From: Oleispira antarctica RB-8
Lineage (GTDB): Bacteria > Pseudomonadota > Gammaproteobacteria > Pseudomonadales > Oceanobacteraceae
Length of the DNA stretch: 32,000 bases
NCBI GenBank assembly: GCA_000967895.1
Contig: FO203512.1
Location: forward strand, 3,315,531-3,347,530
Direction: 5' to 3'
Part shown: positions 19,780-29,373 of the stretch, in pieces
Layout of the letters: each line of letters begins with the position of its first letter
Position numbering within the stretch: position 1 is the first letter of the stretch
The notes under the pieces: model-generated
The model's input: the letters and a program-made list of their open reading frames with translations, nothing else
Databases searched by the model: none
Told to the model about the DNA's origin: nothing
Position numbers and translations under genes: made by a program

Positions 19780-21092
19780 GCAACTCTTCTAACTCAGAGA
19801 CATCTAATCCCGACTCTTCTTTATCGGCGGCTATTCCTAATTGGCTAGCGCCTTTTTTACAACGTCGATTACTCATTTGCCTATTTACAGGCTTTGCATC
19901 GGGCCTGCCCTTATTTATTATTATTCAGCTAGTCCCCGCGTGGTTACGCAGTGAAGGCGTTGGTCTAAAAGAAATCGGCTTTTTTGCCCTGGTTGGAATT
20001 CCCTATACTTGGAAATTCGTTTGGTCTCCTTTAATGGATCGCTATGCACCATCGACACTTGGGCGACGCCGTAGCTGGATGCTAATCACACAAGTATTAA
20101 TGTTAGGCAGCATTGGATTTCTAGGATTTTTAGACCCTAAAACACAGCTCTCAGAAATTGCTATTTTATGTGCAATTACCGCGTTTTTAAGTGCCAGTTT
20201 GGACATCAGCATTGATGCCTTTCGCCGTGAAATATTACCCGATCGCGAACTAGGATTAGGCAATAGTATTCACGTGACAACCTACCGAATAGCGGGGCTA
20301 ATACCGGGTTCGCTATCCCTCATTCTAGCCGATCATTATGCTTGGGACATTGTCTTTATCATCACGGCTGCGTTTTTATCTTTCGGTATATTAATGGTCC
20401 TTTTCAGTGAAGAACCTGAAGTTAATAGTCACCGACCACATACACTCAAAGCGGCTATTATTGAGCCTTTTAGGGAATTCTTCGGGCGACATGGTGTGCA
20501 GTCTGCACTGTGGATTTTATCCTTTATGTTCCTTTATAAACTCGGTGATAGTATGGCGACGGCACTATCAACTCCGTTTTATCTCGATTTAGGATTCACA
20601 AAAACAGAAATCGGTTTAGTCGCTAAACATGCAGCGCTTTGGCCAGCGATTTTTGGCGGTATTCTAGGTGGAATATTAATGTTAAGAATTGGTATTAATA
20701 AGGCGCTGTGGCTCTTTGGCGGCGTACAGATTATGTCCATTCTAGGTTTCGCATTGCTCGCTGAAGTAGGCTATGACCTTTGGGTACTAGCCTTAGTCAT
20801 AGGCTTTGAATATTTAGGGGTTGGCTTGGGTACTGCCGCTTTCGTAGCCTTTATCGCCCGTACAACATCCCCAGCCTATACCGCAACACAACTGGCATTA
20901 TTTACGGCCCTGACGGCTTTACCTAGAACCTTCGCAAGTTCAACTACGGGGATTATCGTAGAGAGTATTGGCTGGACGAATTTCTATCTATTCTGCACCG
21001 CCATCGCTATCCCTGGCATGCTTTTGCTGTTCAAAGTAGCCCCTTGGCATGCACAAACTTCAGACCTAAAAAAGCCCGAGCTTGCTGACTAG
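19773..21092 (+). CDS. MFS transporter, AmpG-like permease
   Basis: LAPFLQRRLLICLFTGFASGLPLFIIIQLVPAWLRSEGVGLKEIGFFALVGIPYTWKFVWSPLMDRY; 12-TM MFS pattern. ORF track opens at GTG 19767; ATG 19773 overlaps the upstream stop by 7 nt. Confidence 0.88.
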   Translation: MLGNSSNSETSNPDSSLSAAIPNWLAPFLQRRLLICLFTGFASGLPLFIIIQLVPAWLRSEGVGLKEIGFFALVGIPYTWKFVWSPLMDRYAPSTLGRRRSWMLITQVLMLGSIGFLGFLDPKTQLSEIAILCAITAFLSASLDISIDAFRREILPDRELGLGNSIHVTTYRIAGLIPGSLSLILADHYAWDIVFIITAAFLSFGILMVLFSEEPEVNSHRPHTLKAAIIEPFREFFGRHGVQSALWILSFMFLYKLGDSMATALSTPFYLDLGFTKTEIGLVAKHAALWPAIFGGILGGILMLRIGINKALWLFGGVQIMSILGFALLAEVGYDLWVLALVIGFEYLGVGLGTAAFVAFIARTTSPAYTATQLALFTALTALPRTFASSTTGIIVESIGWTNFYLFCTAIAIPGMLLLFKVAPWHAQTSDLKKPELAD

Positions 21093-21115
21093 CAAGGCGA
21101 GCTTTTATATTTTCA
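21067..21115 (+). terminator. Probable terminator overlapping the 3' end of the AmpG-like gene
   Basis: AAAAAGC..CTTGCT-GACT-AGCAAG..GCTTTTATATTTT stem-loop spanning the TAG stop codon. Confidence 0.5.
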
Positions 21116-21135
21116 AATAAAATAACTGCGCAGTT

Positions 21136-21621
21136 TTAATCTTTAAAATTCTTATACATCAACGGCAATTCGATCTCTTCATCCGCTTTTAGCATCTGCA
21201 TGACTTGCTGCAATTCATCACGTTTTTTACCCGTAACACGTACCATTTCTCCCTGCACGGCAGAACTCACCTTGATCTTACTTTCTTTGATCTTCTTATT
21301 GATGATTCGACCCAAATCTTTATCAATACCTTGACGTAGCTCTGCCGCCATTTTCACTTGTTTACCGGCACCGACTAACTTTCCATACTCAAGGCAAGAC
21401 ACTTTAATTTTGCGTTTAATAAGGTTGGACTCAAGCATCGGCTTCATTTGTTCGATCTGAAACTCTTCATTTGCAGTCATCAATACTTCTTTGTCTTTCA
21501 ATTCAAAGGTCGCCTTAACCCCTTTAAAATCGAAACGCGTAGTCACTTCACGATTGGCTGAGTCTACTGCGTTTTGTGCTTCGTGCTTTTCAATTTCTGA
21601 GACTATGTCAAAAGATGGCAT
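21136..21621 (-). CDS. yajQ: YajQ family nucleotide-binding protein
   Basis: MPSFDIVSEIEKHEAQNAVDSANREVTTRFDFKGVKATFELKDKEVLMTANEEFQIEQM ... QQVMQMLKADEEIELPLMYKNFKD. Confidence 0.97.
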   Translation of the reverse strand: MPSFDIVSEIEKHEAQNAVDSANREVTTRFDFKGVKATFELKDKEVLMTANEEFQIEQMKPMLESNLIKRKIKVSCLEYGKLVGAGKQVKMAAELRQGIDKDLGRIINKKIKESKIKVSSAVQGEMVRVTGKKRDELQQVMQMLKADEEIELPLMYKNFKD

Positions 21622-21731
21622 GAGTCGCCTCCATATAATTTATAGATAGTGATAGATTGGATAGGTTATTAGATCGAATTATCAGCTATATATACCCTTT
21701 AAATGGCACTCTGGCAATAATCGACTACATT

Positions 21732-22703
21732 ATGTGTATGGATAAAAGAATGATACTAAACGGTGCTGGAACTTACTATTTTAAGGTTCACGGCTCAAAA
21801 GATGCCCCTCTCTTTCGCTCAGTATTCGAGTACGAATATTTCAAGCAGATGCTCGCAAAAGAAGAAGGCTGCGAGCTCATTGCTTATGTATTTTCAGAAT
21901 ACCAAGCGCAATGGGTCATGCACTGTAACCAAGACTGGCAAGTGATCTTGGATAATATTCGTGCCCATATGCAAGAGCTGCATTTCAAGCTTTGGCACAA
22001 ACATCAACAAATTATTTCTGAATCAGCCGAAGTACTGCTTGTCGAAGAAGACCGCTATTTAGTGCCTTTAGTCATGGAACTACACCATTGGCCAGTACGT
22101 GAAGGCCTTGTTGCTAGCCCCGAAGTGTACCCATGGAGCTCGGATAAACTCTACCGCCAATCACGCTACCAGAAAATACAGTCCAACTCAGGACTTGCGA
22201 GTCATCGCATGCTACAACGCTTAGCTAAACAACGATTTAATAGCTCTGTATGCTATGAACGGATGATGGAACAGGTTGAACCTTGGTCTATTGAAAATGC
22301 TAAAAATCGTTTATATCAAGCACTCGCGAGCGATGCCTACATTACATTATATCTACGAAATAAAAAGCCGACTCTAGCTCATACAGCAGAGCAAATTAAA
22401 GAGATGCACCAACAAGCAGAAACTTTAATTTGTGAGATCCTAGGTATATCTTTTGGGCAGCAGCAGCCAAGACTTAAGCGCCAATATTATCAGGTTGAAC
22501 CTTTAATACTGTGGCTTTTATTACAATCCCAGTGCAATACAAAACAATTATCCTTCATATTTGATTTGGATCCGACCATCATTCAAGGATGGGTACGCAG
22601 TGTGCCAAGTCTTCACCCAGAGTCATTACTGACAAAAATACAACAACGCTGGCAAGAGAAAATATCCCTAAAAGACTCACTATTACTTTCTCGCGTTAGC
22701 TAA
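21732..22703 (+). CDS. RAYT/IS200-like Y1-transposase-derived protein, predicted catalytically inactive
   Basis: GTYYFKVHGSKDAPLFRSVFEYEYFKQMLAKEEGCELIAYVFSEYQAQWVMHC ... LVEEDRYLVPLVMELHHWPVREGLVASPEVYPWSS aligns by eye to the RAYT scaffold (YHV..RGN...F....Y..L......C.LHAYVLM.NH.HLL ... YL..L.RYI.LNPVRAGLV..P..YPWSS). ORF track opens at TTG 21657; ATG 21732/21738 more likely. Confidence 0.75.
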   Translation: MCMDKRMILNGAGTYYFKVHGSKDAPLFRSVFEYEYFKQMLAKEEGCELIAYVFSEYQAQWVMHCNQDWQVILDNIRAHMQELHFKLWHKHQQIISESAEVLLVEEDRYLVPLVMELHHWPVREGLVASPEVYPWSSDKLYRQSRYQKIQSNSGLASHRMLQRLAKQRFNSSVCYERMMEQVEPWSIENAKNRLYQALASDAYITLYLRNKKPTLAHTAEQIKEMHQQAETLICEILGISFGQQQPRLKRQYYQVEPLILWLLLQSQCNTKQLSFIFDLDPTIIQGWVRSVPSLHPESLLTKIQQRWQEKISLKDSLLLSRVS

Positions 22704-22721
22704 AACCGTATAATACGGGTT

Positions 22722-23687
22722 ATGAATAACCCAGATAGCGCATCGCTCAATAGCTCATCATTAAACATAGGCATTATTGGCTTAGGGGCCATTGGCTGCT
22801 TATTGAGCAGTCAAATGCCTAAAGGCTTTAATGTTTTTGCCTTACCCAGCAAGACTAATCTTAAAAGCGTTGACTTCCAGCTTGATAAATACGATCAAAG
22901 TAGCCACTACTCAATTCCCGTATGGCAAGATGAGAGACTCGATGTCATTATTATTTGCTGCAAAGCAACTCAGTGTCTTTCTGCTTTAGCATTATGGCAA
23001 CACGCCATTGATCAACATAGCCAAATTGTATTGCTGCAAAATGGCATGGGTCAACATGAACTCATTGCGTCGAAACTCCCAAACAATACAATCTTCGCAG
23101 CCTCGACAACTGAGGGCGCTTATAAAAAAGAAGTTGCTCATAAGAAAGACAATGATGACAACAATAAAAATAATTATCAGCAGCATATCGTGCATGCTGG
23201 CCAGGGGATTACTCACTGGGGTTACTATTCAGGGCCTAATAAAGCATCAAAGCCTACACTAAAATTAGATCTATCCCAGCTTGAAGGCCAACATAAATGG
23301 CACAATCATATTGAAGAAATTTTGTTTGCTAAACTTGCCCTCAATGCTGTAATCAACCCTTTAACCGTAAAATACTATTGCCATAATGGTGACTTACTGC
23401 GTAATCAAGCCATGACTCAAGAATTAGAAGATTTATGCCTCGAAACGGAACGTTTCTTTACCGCAATGAAATGGCCGCTCGATTTCAACCTTACAGAAAA
23501 AGTGAAATTCATTGCAGAGCTAACAGCCAAAAATCTATCGTCTATGCTGCAGGATATACAAGCGAAACGTGAAACAGAAATTGATTTCATTAACGGTTAT
23601 TTACTTAACAAGGCGAACAAAATCAATTACAACCTGCCTCTGCATCAAAAATTATTTGAGCACATAAAATCACTCCAACGTTCATAA
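22722..23687 (+). CDS. Ketopantoate reductase / PanE-ApbA family 2-dehydropantoate 2-reductase
   Basis: NIGIIGLGAIGCLLSSQMP ... LDVIIICCKATQC ... IVLLQNGMGQHELIAS ... FAKLALNAVINPLTVKYYCHNGDLL. Confidence 0.85.
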   Translation: MNNPDSASLNSSSLNIGIIGLGAIGCLLSSQMPKGFNVFALPSKTNLKSVDFQLDKYDQSSHYSIPVWQDERLDVIIICCKATQCLSALALWQHAIDQHSQIVLLQNGMGQHELIASKLPNNTIFAASTTEGAYKKEVAHKKDNDDNNKNNYQQHIVHAGQGITHWGYYSGPNKASKPTLKLDLSQLEGQHKWHNHIEEILFAKLALNAVINPLTVKYYCHNGDLLRNQAMTQELEDLCLETERFFTAMKWPLDFNLTEKVKFIAELTAKNLSSMLQDIQAKRETEIDFINGYLLNKANKINYNLPLHQKLFEHIKSLQRS

Positions 23688-23777
23688 ACTGCACATATCA
23701 TCGAACAATAATAGTAATCAAAAAACAAAAAAAGCTATGTTAGTATGATACTCAAATGACATTTTAGGATCTTCAAA

Positions 23778-25754
23778 TTGCTCATACGGCAAAAGGTTAT
23801 AACAGCAACCATTTTCACCTGCATATTCATTGTTATTCTTGCAACAACGGCCTATATTTTGGCGGCCGATCGTATTGGTCGTGAACAACTAGCGCCTCAA
23901 ATAAGTCGATCTTTTGCTGATATTTTTCAACTGCAGCTGCAACAGAATCCTGACGACATTTTGGCATTAAAAGCGATTGCTAATAGCATGGTTCAACATT
24001 ATCAGATTCAAGAGATTGCTTTCTATAATGCCAAAAACGAACGTATCATTTACGTGTGCTCTAATACTTGTTTACGCAACGCCCCCATCAAATTCAACCC
24101 CAAAAGTGTTAAACATCGTATTGCTAGCAATCATCACTTTATATATAGCCTTCACAGTAATAACAGCGATACTCCCTTAAGACTGATCATAGAATCAAAG
24201 ATAGGACTCGCCAGATTTTTCTATGCCGACACCGCTTCAACCGCCCTACTCATTGTTAGTATTTCAACGCTATTACTTTTCTTTTTATATAACAGCATTC
24301 GTTTTTGGCAGAGATCCCCCTACCAAAATTTATTAATGACTATCGAAAAAATTCAATCTCAACCTGATAACAGCATTCGTTTCGACTTAAAAGATGCCGA
24401 TACCGCTAAACTGAGCGAAGCATTAAACACATTAATTATTATTAATGAAGATCGAAAAATAATCTTAACCAAAGAAAAAGAAAAAGCTGAAAGCGCTAGA
24501 ATTAGAGCCATACGTTTATCAAACGAAACGCGCCATACTAATGAAAAACTTGCACGTGAAATCACCATTCGTCGGTCTGTTGAATCTCAACTAACTCATA
24601 CTCGAAGTATCTTAGACAGCATCATTGACTCAATGCCCTCGGCATTATTTACCCTCGATAATAATGGCTATATCATACAATGTAATCAGCAAGCAGCAGA
24701 TTGGCTCGCTTGTGAGCGTCACCCATTGGTAGGCAAGCGCCTATCCAATTACATAGAAGAATTGAAAGATTTTAATACTCTAATCAATCAGAGTTTGACA
24801 GAAAATTGCGTTAAGAAAATTGAACGATTGAAACTCTCTTTACCCATTGGAACCTTTCCTGCCGACATAGCAATTTACCCTCTTAAAGATAATAACTTAC
24901 AAGGTCTTGTTATTCGCATTGACGATATTAGTCAGCGAGAAAAAATGGAAGAAGTCATCATGCAAACGGAAAAAATGAAATCCGTTGGCGGTTTAGCAGC
25001 AGGAATGGCTCACGAAATTAATAACCCGTTAGGGGCAATATTACAGGGAATACAAAACATTCAACGTCGAATTCAAGTTGATAATGAGAAAAATAAAGAA
25101 ATTGCTGCAAGTCATAACCTTGATCTAAAAGCCATGACCGGTTATTTAGAACAACGTCAAATACTAAAATTCATCAACAACATTCAAGATGCCGGTAAAA
25201 GAGCTGCGAGCATTGTATCTAATATGCTGCAATTCTCGCGAGGCAACCAAAAACAACTCAGTCCAACATTAATAAAAGATTTAATAGAGCGCTCTCTCAA
25301 CTTGGCCCGTGCTGATCTAGAACTAAAAAACATCACCATTCATTTATCATACATTGATGAAACACTGCTCTTTCACTGCATCCCTTCTGAACTTGAACAA
25401 GTCATATTAAATTTATTACAAAATTCTGCACAAGCGCTCAGCCATTATCAGCCCTCTCATACCGATGAAAATTGGACTCCACAAATCAACCTCTCAGCAA
25501 CCCAAGATAATAGCCACACCTACATTAAAGTTAAAGATAACGGCCCAGGCATGTCAAAAGAGGTACGCCGCCGCATCTTTGAACCCTTTTTCACGACCAA
25601 AGACATCGGTGCAGGTACTGGCCTAGGCTTATCAGTTTCTTACTTCATTATTACCGCTCACCATCATGGCGAGCTTGAAATTGAATCTAAACCCAACCAA
25701 GGCGCATGCTTCACTCTCAAAATCCCTAATCAGCCGCTACTGCCTAAACCGTAA
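23778..25754 (+). CDS. PAS-containing sensor histidine kinase
   Basis: Two TM segments, PAS ([33 protein letters not shown]), H-box [22 protein letters not shown]-boxes [36 protein letters not shown]. Confidence 0.93.
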   Translation: MLIRQKVITATIFTCIFIVILATTAYILAADRIGREQLAPQISRSFADIFQLQLQQNPDDILALKAIANSMVQHYQIQEIAFYNAKNERIIYVCSNTCLRNAPIKFNPKSVKHRIASNHHFIYSLHSNNSDTPLRLIIESKIGLARFFYADTASTALLIVSISTLLLFFLYNSIRFWQRSPYQNLLMTIEKIQSQPDNSIRFDLKDADTAKLSEALNTLIIINEDRKIILTKEKEKAESARIRAIRLSNETRHTNEKLAREITIRRSVESQLTHTRSILDSIIDSMPSALFTLDNNGYIIQCNQQAADWLACERHPLVGKRLSNYIEELKDFNTLINQSLTENCVKKIERLKLSLPIGTFPADIAIYPLKDNNLQGLVIRIDDISQREKMEEVIMQTEKMKSVGGLAAGMAHEINNPLGAILQGIQNIQRRIQVDNEKNKEIAASHNLDLKAMTGYLEQRQILKFINNIQDAGKRAASIVSNMLQFSRGNQKQLSPTLIKDLIERSLNLARADLELKNITIHLSYIDETLLFHCIPSELEQVILNLLQNSAQALSHYQPSHTDENWTPQINLSATQDNSHTYIKVKDNGPGMSKEVRRRIFEPFFTTKDIGAGTGLGLSVSYFIITAHHHGELEIESKPNQGACFTLKIPNQPLLPKP

Positions 25755-25848
25755 GGTCAATCGTTCGCATACAAATGACAGATGCTTTCATTTTTGATCA
25801 CTGATTACTACTTGACCATAAATTTAATAACCCTTACCCTACGCGCTC

Positions 25849-26071
25849 GTTTAGGTGCTACTAGGTATTCTTACCTAGAAGTTAAACGGGAAGTTTGGTA
25901 AGTCACTGCAACGCAAACGAATCCAACGCTGCCCCCGCAACGGTGATCGGCTTAACTTATTGTTTTATGCCACTGTGGTGCTCTCTTTGATATTTTAAAA
26001 GATTGAGCCTATGGGAAGGTGCAATAAGAGGAATTTAATTTCCAAGCCGTCAGCCCGGATACCGGCCTAAC
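25849..26071 (+). promoter_or_regulatory. Cobalamin riboswitch (AdoCbl/B12 element)
   Basis: TAGGTGCTA, hairpin CTAGGTA-TTCT-TACCTAG, TTAAACGGGAAG, B12 box GCTGCCCCCGCAACGGT (25928 on), GCCACTGT, TGGGAAGGTGC, AGCCCGGATACCGGCC: all consensus segments in correct order. Confidence 0.95.
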
Positions 26072-26104
26072 TGCTATAGATTCTAATGTTGCGGCGGGCA
26101 GCTT

Positions 26105-26122
26105 AGGCGAAATTTTTCGCCT
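26105..26122 (+). terminator. Expression-platform hairpin of the cobalamin riboswitch (possible weak intrinsic terminator)
   Basis: AGGCGAAA-TT-TTTCGCCT perfect inverted repeat followed by pyrimidine-rich TCTCTTCCT, located between aptamer and btuB start. Confidence 0.5.
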
Positions 26123-26158
26123 TCTCTTCCTGCGCAAACATATTATTAATGTGGTTAT

Positions 26159-28111
26159 ATGCGCATTCTACTCCTGCTTTCCATACTATTGCTGTCATTA
26201 AACGGCCTCGCCAATGAAGAGATTCATTTGGGAAGTTTGACTGTGGGAGCCAGTAAAGAAGATTTAATGAATTCTGATTACCAAGTTTTCCAACGTGAAG
26301 ACTTTGTTAATCGCTACCAAAATTTAGCCAGTTTTTTACAACAACAAAATGGTCTACAGATTCAACAAGCAGGTGGTTTAGGTAATCCAGCATTAGTATC
26401 TATTCGCGGTGCCAGTGCGAGCCAAACAACCTTACTGGTTAACGGCATAAGCGCTAATAATAGCCAACATGGTGGATATGATTTAAATACAATCCCGTTA
26501 AATCAGATTGAACGTATAGAAATAAGCCGTTCTGGCAGCTCATTTGACCTTTCTGATCAAGCGATAGGCGGTACGATTAATATTATTACTCGTGAAGGGG
26601 CTAATAATCAAAATTTCAGCCTCAATCTAGGCTCAGAAGAGACCCTAGCAGCATCATTTAGCAGTTCATTTGATCAAGGTTTAAGTATTCAAGTAGACCA
26701 CGAACAAAGTGCAAATTCATATGATTACCCAGTACCTAGCCCAATTGCAAACAGCAGTCAACGCAATCAAGACCAACCCTTAAACAACGCAGAGTTTTCT
26801 CGTTCGAGCGTTCAGCTAGTTCAGTCTTTTGAAGAAATATCTGCAAGAGTAAGACTGAATAAACAAAGCAAAAACATACCAGACTATTTTCGTAATCACC
26901 CCAACAACAATGCGAGTTTAGATAAGCAAGACGCTACTTTTTCTTTACAGGGCAAGCACAAGCTAGAGCATGAAAATACTAACAGCGCACTCGTTAGCGA
27001 ACATAACTGGCAAGTATTTCACCAAAAAACAAATGAACACTATCAAGATGACATGGGAGTTATTGGTTTAGGAAAAGATAATGATAAATTTTATCAAACT
27101 CGATCTGAAGCCCAATGGCAGTCAAAGTTATTATTTGAGCAATGGCAATTTCAAACTCAAGTCTCAGGCTATGAGGAGAGTTTTTCTAGCCGATATCTTA
27201 ATGATGACGACAGTTTTTTATGCTCGACTCCACAAGGAAACTGTGATCAAAAAGCCTACCAACAAGGCATTCAAGCCCTCGCTGGGGTTCGCTGGGCGAA
27301 TAAAAAACAAAATCAACAAATTACAATCGATGTATACCAGTCTCATACTAATAGTTATAACCGTAAACGCAGCAGTACAAAGGATAGCGAAGAAAAAAAT
27401 AAATATTTCATTGGCTACAATCTTAAATACTCAGTTTTTAATGATGCTAGTGAAACGCACTTTAGTATAAAAAATAGTAATCGCCAACCAACTCTATACC
27501 AGCTGTTCGGTGATAGAGGCCTATTATTAGGTAACCCTGATTTGCTTGATGAAACAAGCTTGAGCTATAGCGTTGATAATTTGTACAGTATTAACGACAG
27601 ACACCAAATGAATAGCGCAATTTTTTATCGTCAATTGAAAAATGCTATTGTCCCAGTTTACGATTCTCGTGGTGTTGGTCGCTATGAAAACAGTAAAAAA
27701 GCTTATCTTGCGGGAATTGAATGGCAATGGCGCTATCAAGGGGATCACTTTTATAGCCATTTAGGCGCTGATTTATACCAAAGTGAAAGCTTGGATGACA
27801 ATGTAAAGTCCTTTAATAATAAGCAAATAGCCGGTATTTATCACAACAGCGTTAGCCTCATCACGGGCTGGTCGCAACAGCAGCATAATATTGAATTAAT
27901 CAATCGTATTAATGCCAATATTTATATCGATCGAAGCAACTTAATTGCAGGTGATAACTACCACCTGACCGATATAAACTATCAGTATCAATACTCTCAA
28001 ATCTCATTGGGCTTTAGCATTAAAGACCTAATGAATACTCGATATAAAGACTTTACCAACCGTCCCGCTATTGGACGACAATGGATTGTTTTTACAAATT
28101 TTAACTTCTAA
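26159..28111 (+). CDS. btuB: TonB-dependent vitamin B12 receptor, BtuB-like
   Basis: Preceded by a cobalamin riboswitch; QQNGLQIQQAGGLGNPALVSIRGASASQTTLLVNGISANNSQHGGYDLNTIPLNQIERIEISRSGSSFDLSDQAIGGTINIITRE plug domain; C-terminal aromatic ...QWIVFTNFNF. Confidence 0.9.
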   Translation: MRILLLLSILLLSLNGLANEEIHLGSLTVGASKEDLMNSDYQVFQREDFVNRYQNLASFLQQQNGLQIQQAGGLGNPALVSIRGASASQTTLLVNGISANNSQHGGYDLNTIPLNQIERIEISRSGSSFDLSDQAIGGTINIITREGANNQNFSLNLGSEETLAASFSSSFDQGLSIQVDHEQSANSYDYPVPSPIANSSQRNQDQPLNNAEFSRSSVQLVQSFEEISARVRLNKQSKNIPDYFRNHPNNNASLDKQDATFSLQGKHKLEHENTNSALVSEHNWQVFHQKTNEHYQDDMGVIGLGKDNDKFYQTRSEAQWQSKLLFEQWQFQTQVSGYEESFSSRYLNDDDSFLCSTPQGNCDQKAYQQGIQALAGVRWANKKQNQQITIDVYQSHTNSYNRKRSSTKDSEEKNKYFIGYNLKYSVFNDASETHFSIKNSNRQPTLYQLFGDRGLLLGNPDLLDETSLSYSVDNLYSINDRHQMNSAIFYRQLKNAIVPVYDSRGVGRYENSKKAYLAGIEWQWRYQGDHFYSHLGADLYQSESLDDNVKSFNNKQIAGIYHNSVSLITGWSQQQHNIELINRINANIYIDRSNLIAGDNYHLTDINYQYQYSQISLGFSIKDLMNTRYKDFTNRPAIGRQWIVFTNFNF

Positions 28112-28126
28112 TAAATAGAGATCATT

Positions 28127-29329
28127 ATGAAAATAATAACCCCCTTATTAATTGCAACAAGTCTATTGATTGGTTGTGGAGCTGATAATGATAAGAAGAA
28201 AAAAGACTTCAAGATTTCACAAGATTCTTATGCCGTACAAACTGTCGCATCCGATTATTCCAGCAGTCAGGTTGCGATAGGTAACCTAATCGGTGATCGA
28301 TCAGCAACCCAAGGCTTATTAACTAAAGCAGAATCTAACTTCACTATCTCTACTTATGAAAATAATCTTTATCATATCGGCAAGAATCAAATAGACGCTA
28401 TTAGCCGCTATGATGCTACTCAGAGCGTTTCAAACAGCGAATGGGCCTATGGCGCAAACCATGACGACGAAGGTTCTGCGAATACTTATACTCTTGTGCA
28501 ACAAAATGCGACTAATGGATATTTAATTCGCTATGGCAGCACTTTTGTACTGCAAGTAGACCCGAGTGCGGCACTCGAAGAAAATTTCGTAAAAGCAAAA
28601 ATTGATCTTTCAGCCTATAACTACCCAGGTTCCGAATATCCACGTATGGTTGATGCTGTGATTGCTGATAATAAGCTTTTCGTTGCTCTGCAACGCTTAG
28701 ATGGCTGGGCACCAAAGCCAGCCTATATTGCGGTTATCGATATTGAAACTAACGAAGAAATTGATACTAATATTCAAGAAGATGGTTTTAAAGGTATTCC
28801 TTTAAATGCAACCAACACTTTTTCTTTAGTCGAACATAATGGTCAGATATATGCAGCAGGACGTGGCGGCTATAACTCCGATACTGGCGGCTTAGATGTA
28901 ATAGATACGACTACTTATGCCATTACCCAACTAATTGATGAAAGCAGCTTTCCTCAATTAATTGATTTTAGTGATGACGATAACAATTCGAATGACAGCT
29001 ATTACCACGTATTAGATGTAGCAGTGGTAAGTGATCAACTAGCGTATGCCACATTAAATATTGAAATTGGCTATAAAACTATTGAAACAAAAATCGTAAT
29101 GATTAATCCCAGCACAAAAGAATTAACGATATTATCTCAACCTACTGCTATAAATGGTAAAGAGATCAGTGATCTTAATATCGATTCGAATGATCGTTTA
29201 TGGGTAGGCATTGCAAATGCCGATGCACCAGGCATTTGGGTTATGGATACCGATACCAACACTATAAGCGGTGATTTCATCGAACTTGATATGCCTGCGA
29301 AACGTATTGAGTTTTTAACCGTACAATAA
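28127..29329 (+). CDS. Lipoprotein with probable beta-propeller fold, in B12 operon
   Basis: Lipobox LLIGC; repeated blade-like strings (MVDAVIADNKLFVALQRLDG...YIAVIDIETNEEI; FSLVEHNGQIYAAGRGGYNSDTGGLDVIDTTTYAITQL; VLDVAVVSDQLAYATLN; ISDLNIDSNDRLWVGIANADAPGIWVMDTDT); 15 nt after btuB. Confidence 0.7.
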   Translation: MKIITPLLIATSLLIGCGADNDKKKKDFKISQDSYAVQTVASDYSSSQVAIGNLIGDRSATQGLLTKAESNFTISTYENNLYHIGKNQIDAISRYDATQSVSNSEWAYGANHDDEGSANTYTLVQQNATNGYLIRYGSTFVLQVDPSAALEENFVKAKIDLSAYNYPGSEYPRMVDAVIADNKLFVALQRLDGWAPKPAYIAVIDIETNEEIDTNIQEDGFKGIPLNATNTFSLVEHNGQIYAAGRGGYNSDTGGLDVIDTTTYAITQLIDESSFPQLIDFSDDDNNSNDSYYHVLDVAVVSDQLAYATLNIEIGYKTIETKIVMINPSTKELTILSQPTAINGKEISDLNIDSNDRLWVGIANADAPGIWVMDTDTNTISGDFIELDMPAKRIEFLTVQ

Positions 29330-29373
29330 AAGCATAACCAATGTACATAAAACGCACACATAAGGAAAAAATC

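Noticed and set aside
23778-25754. Orphan kinase as the regulator of the adjacent B12 operon
   Set aside because: The operon already has a complete cobalamin riboswitch, no response regulator is adjacent, and nothing in the sequence links the kinase to B12.
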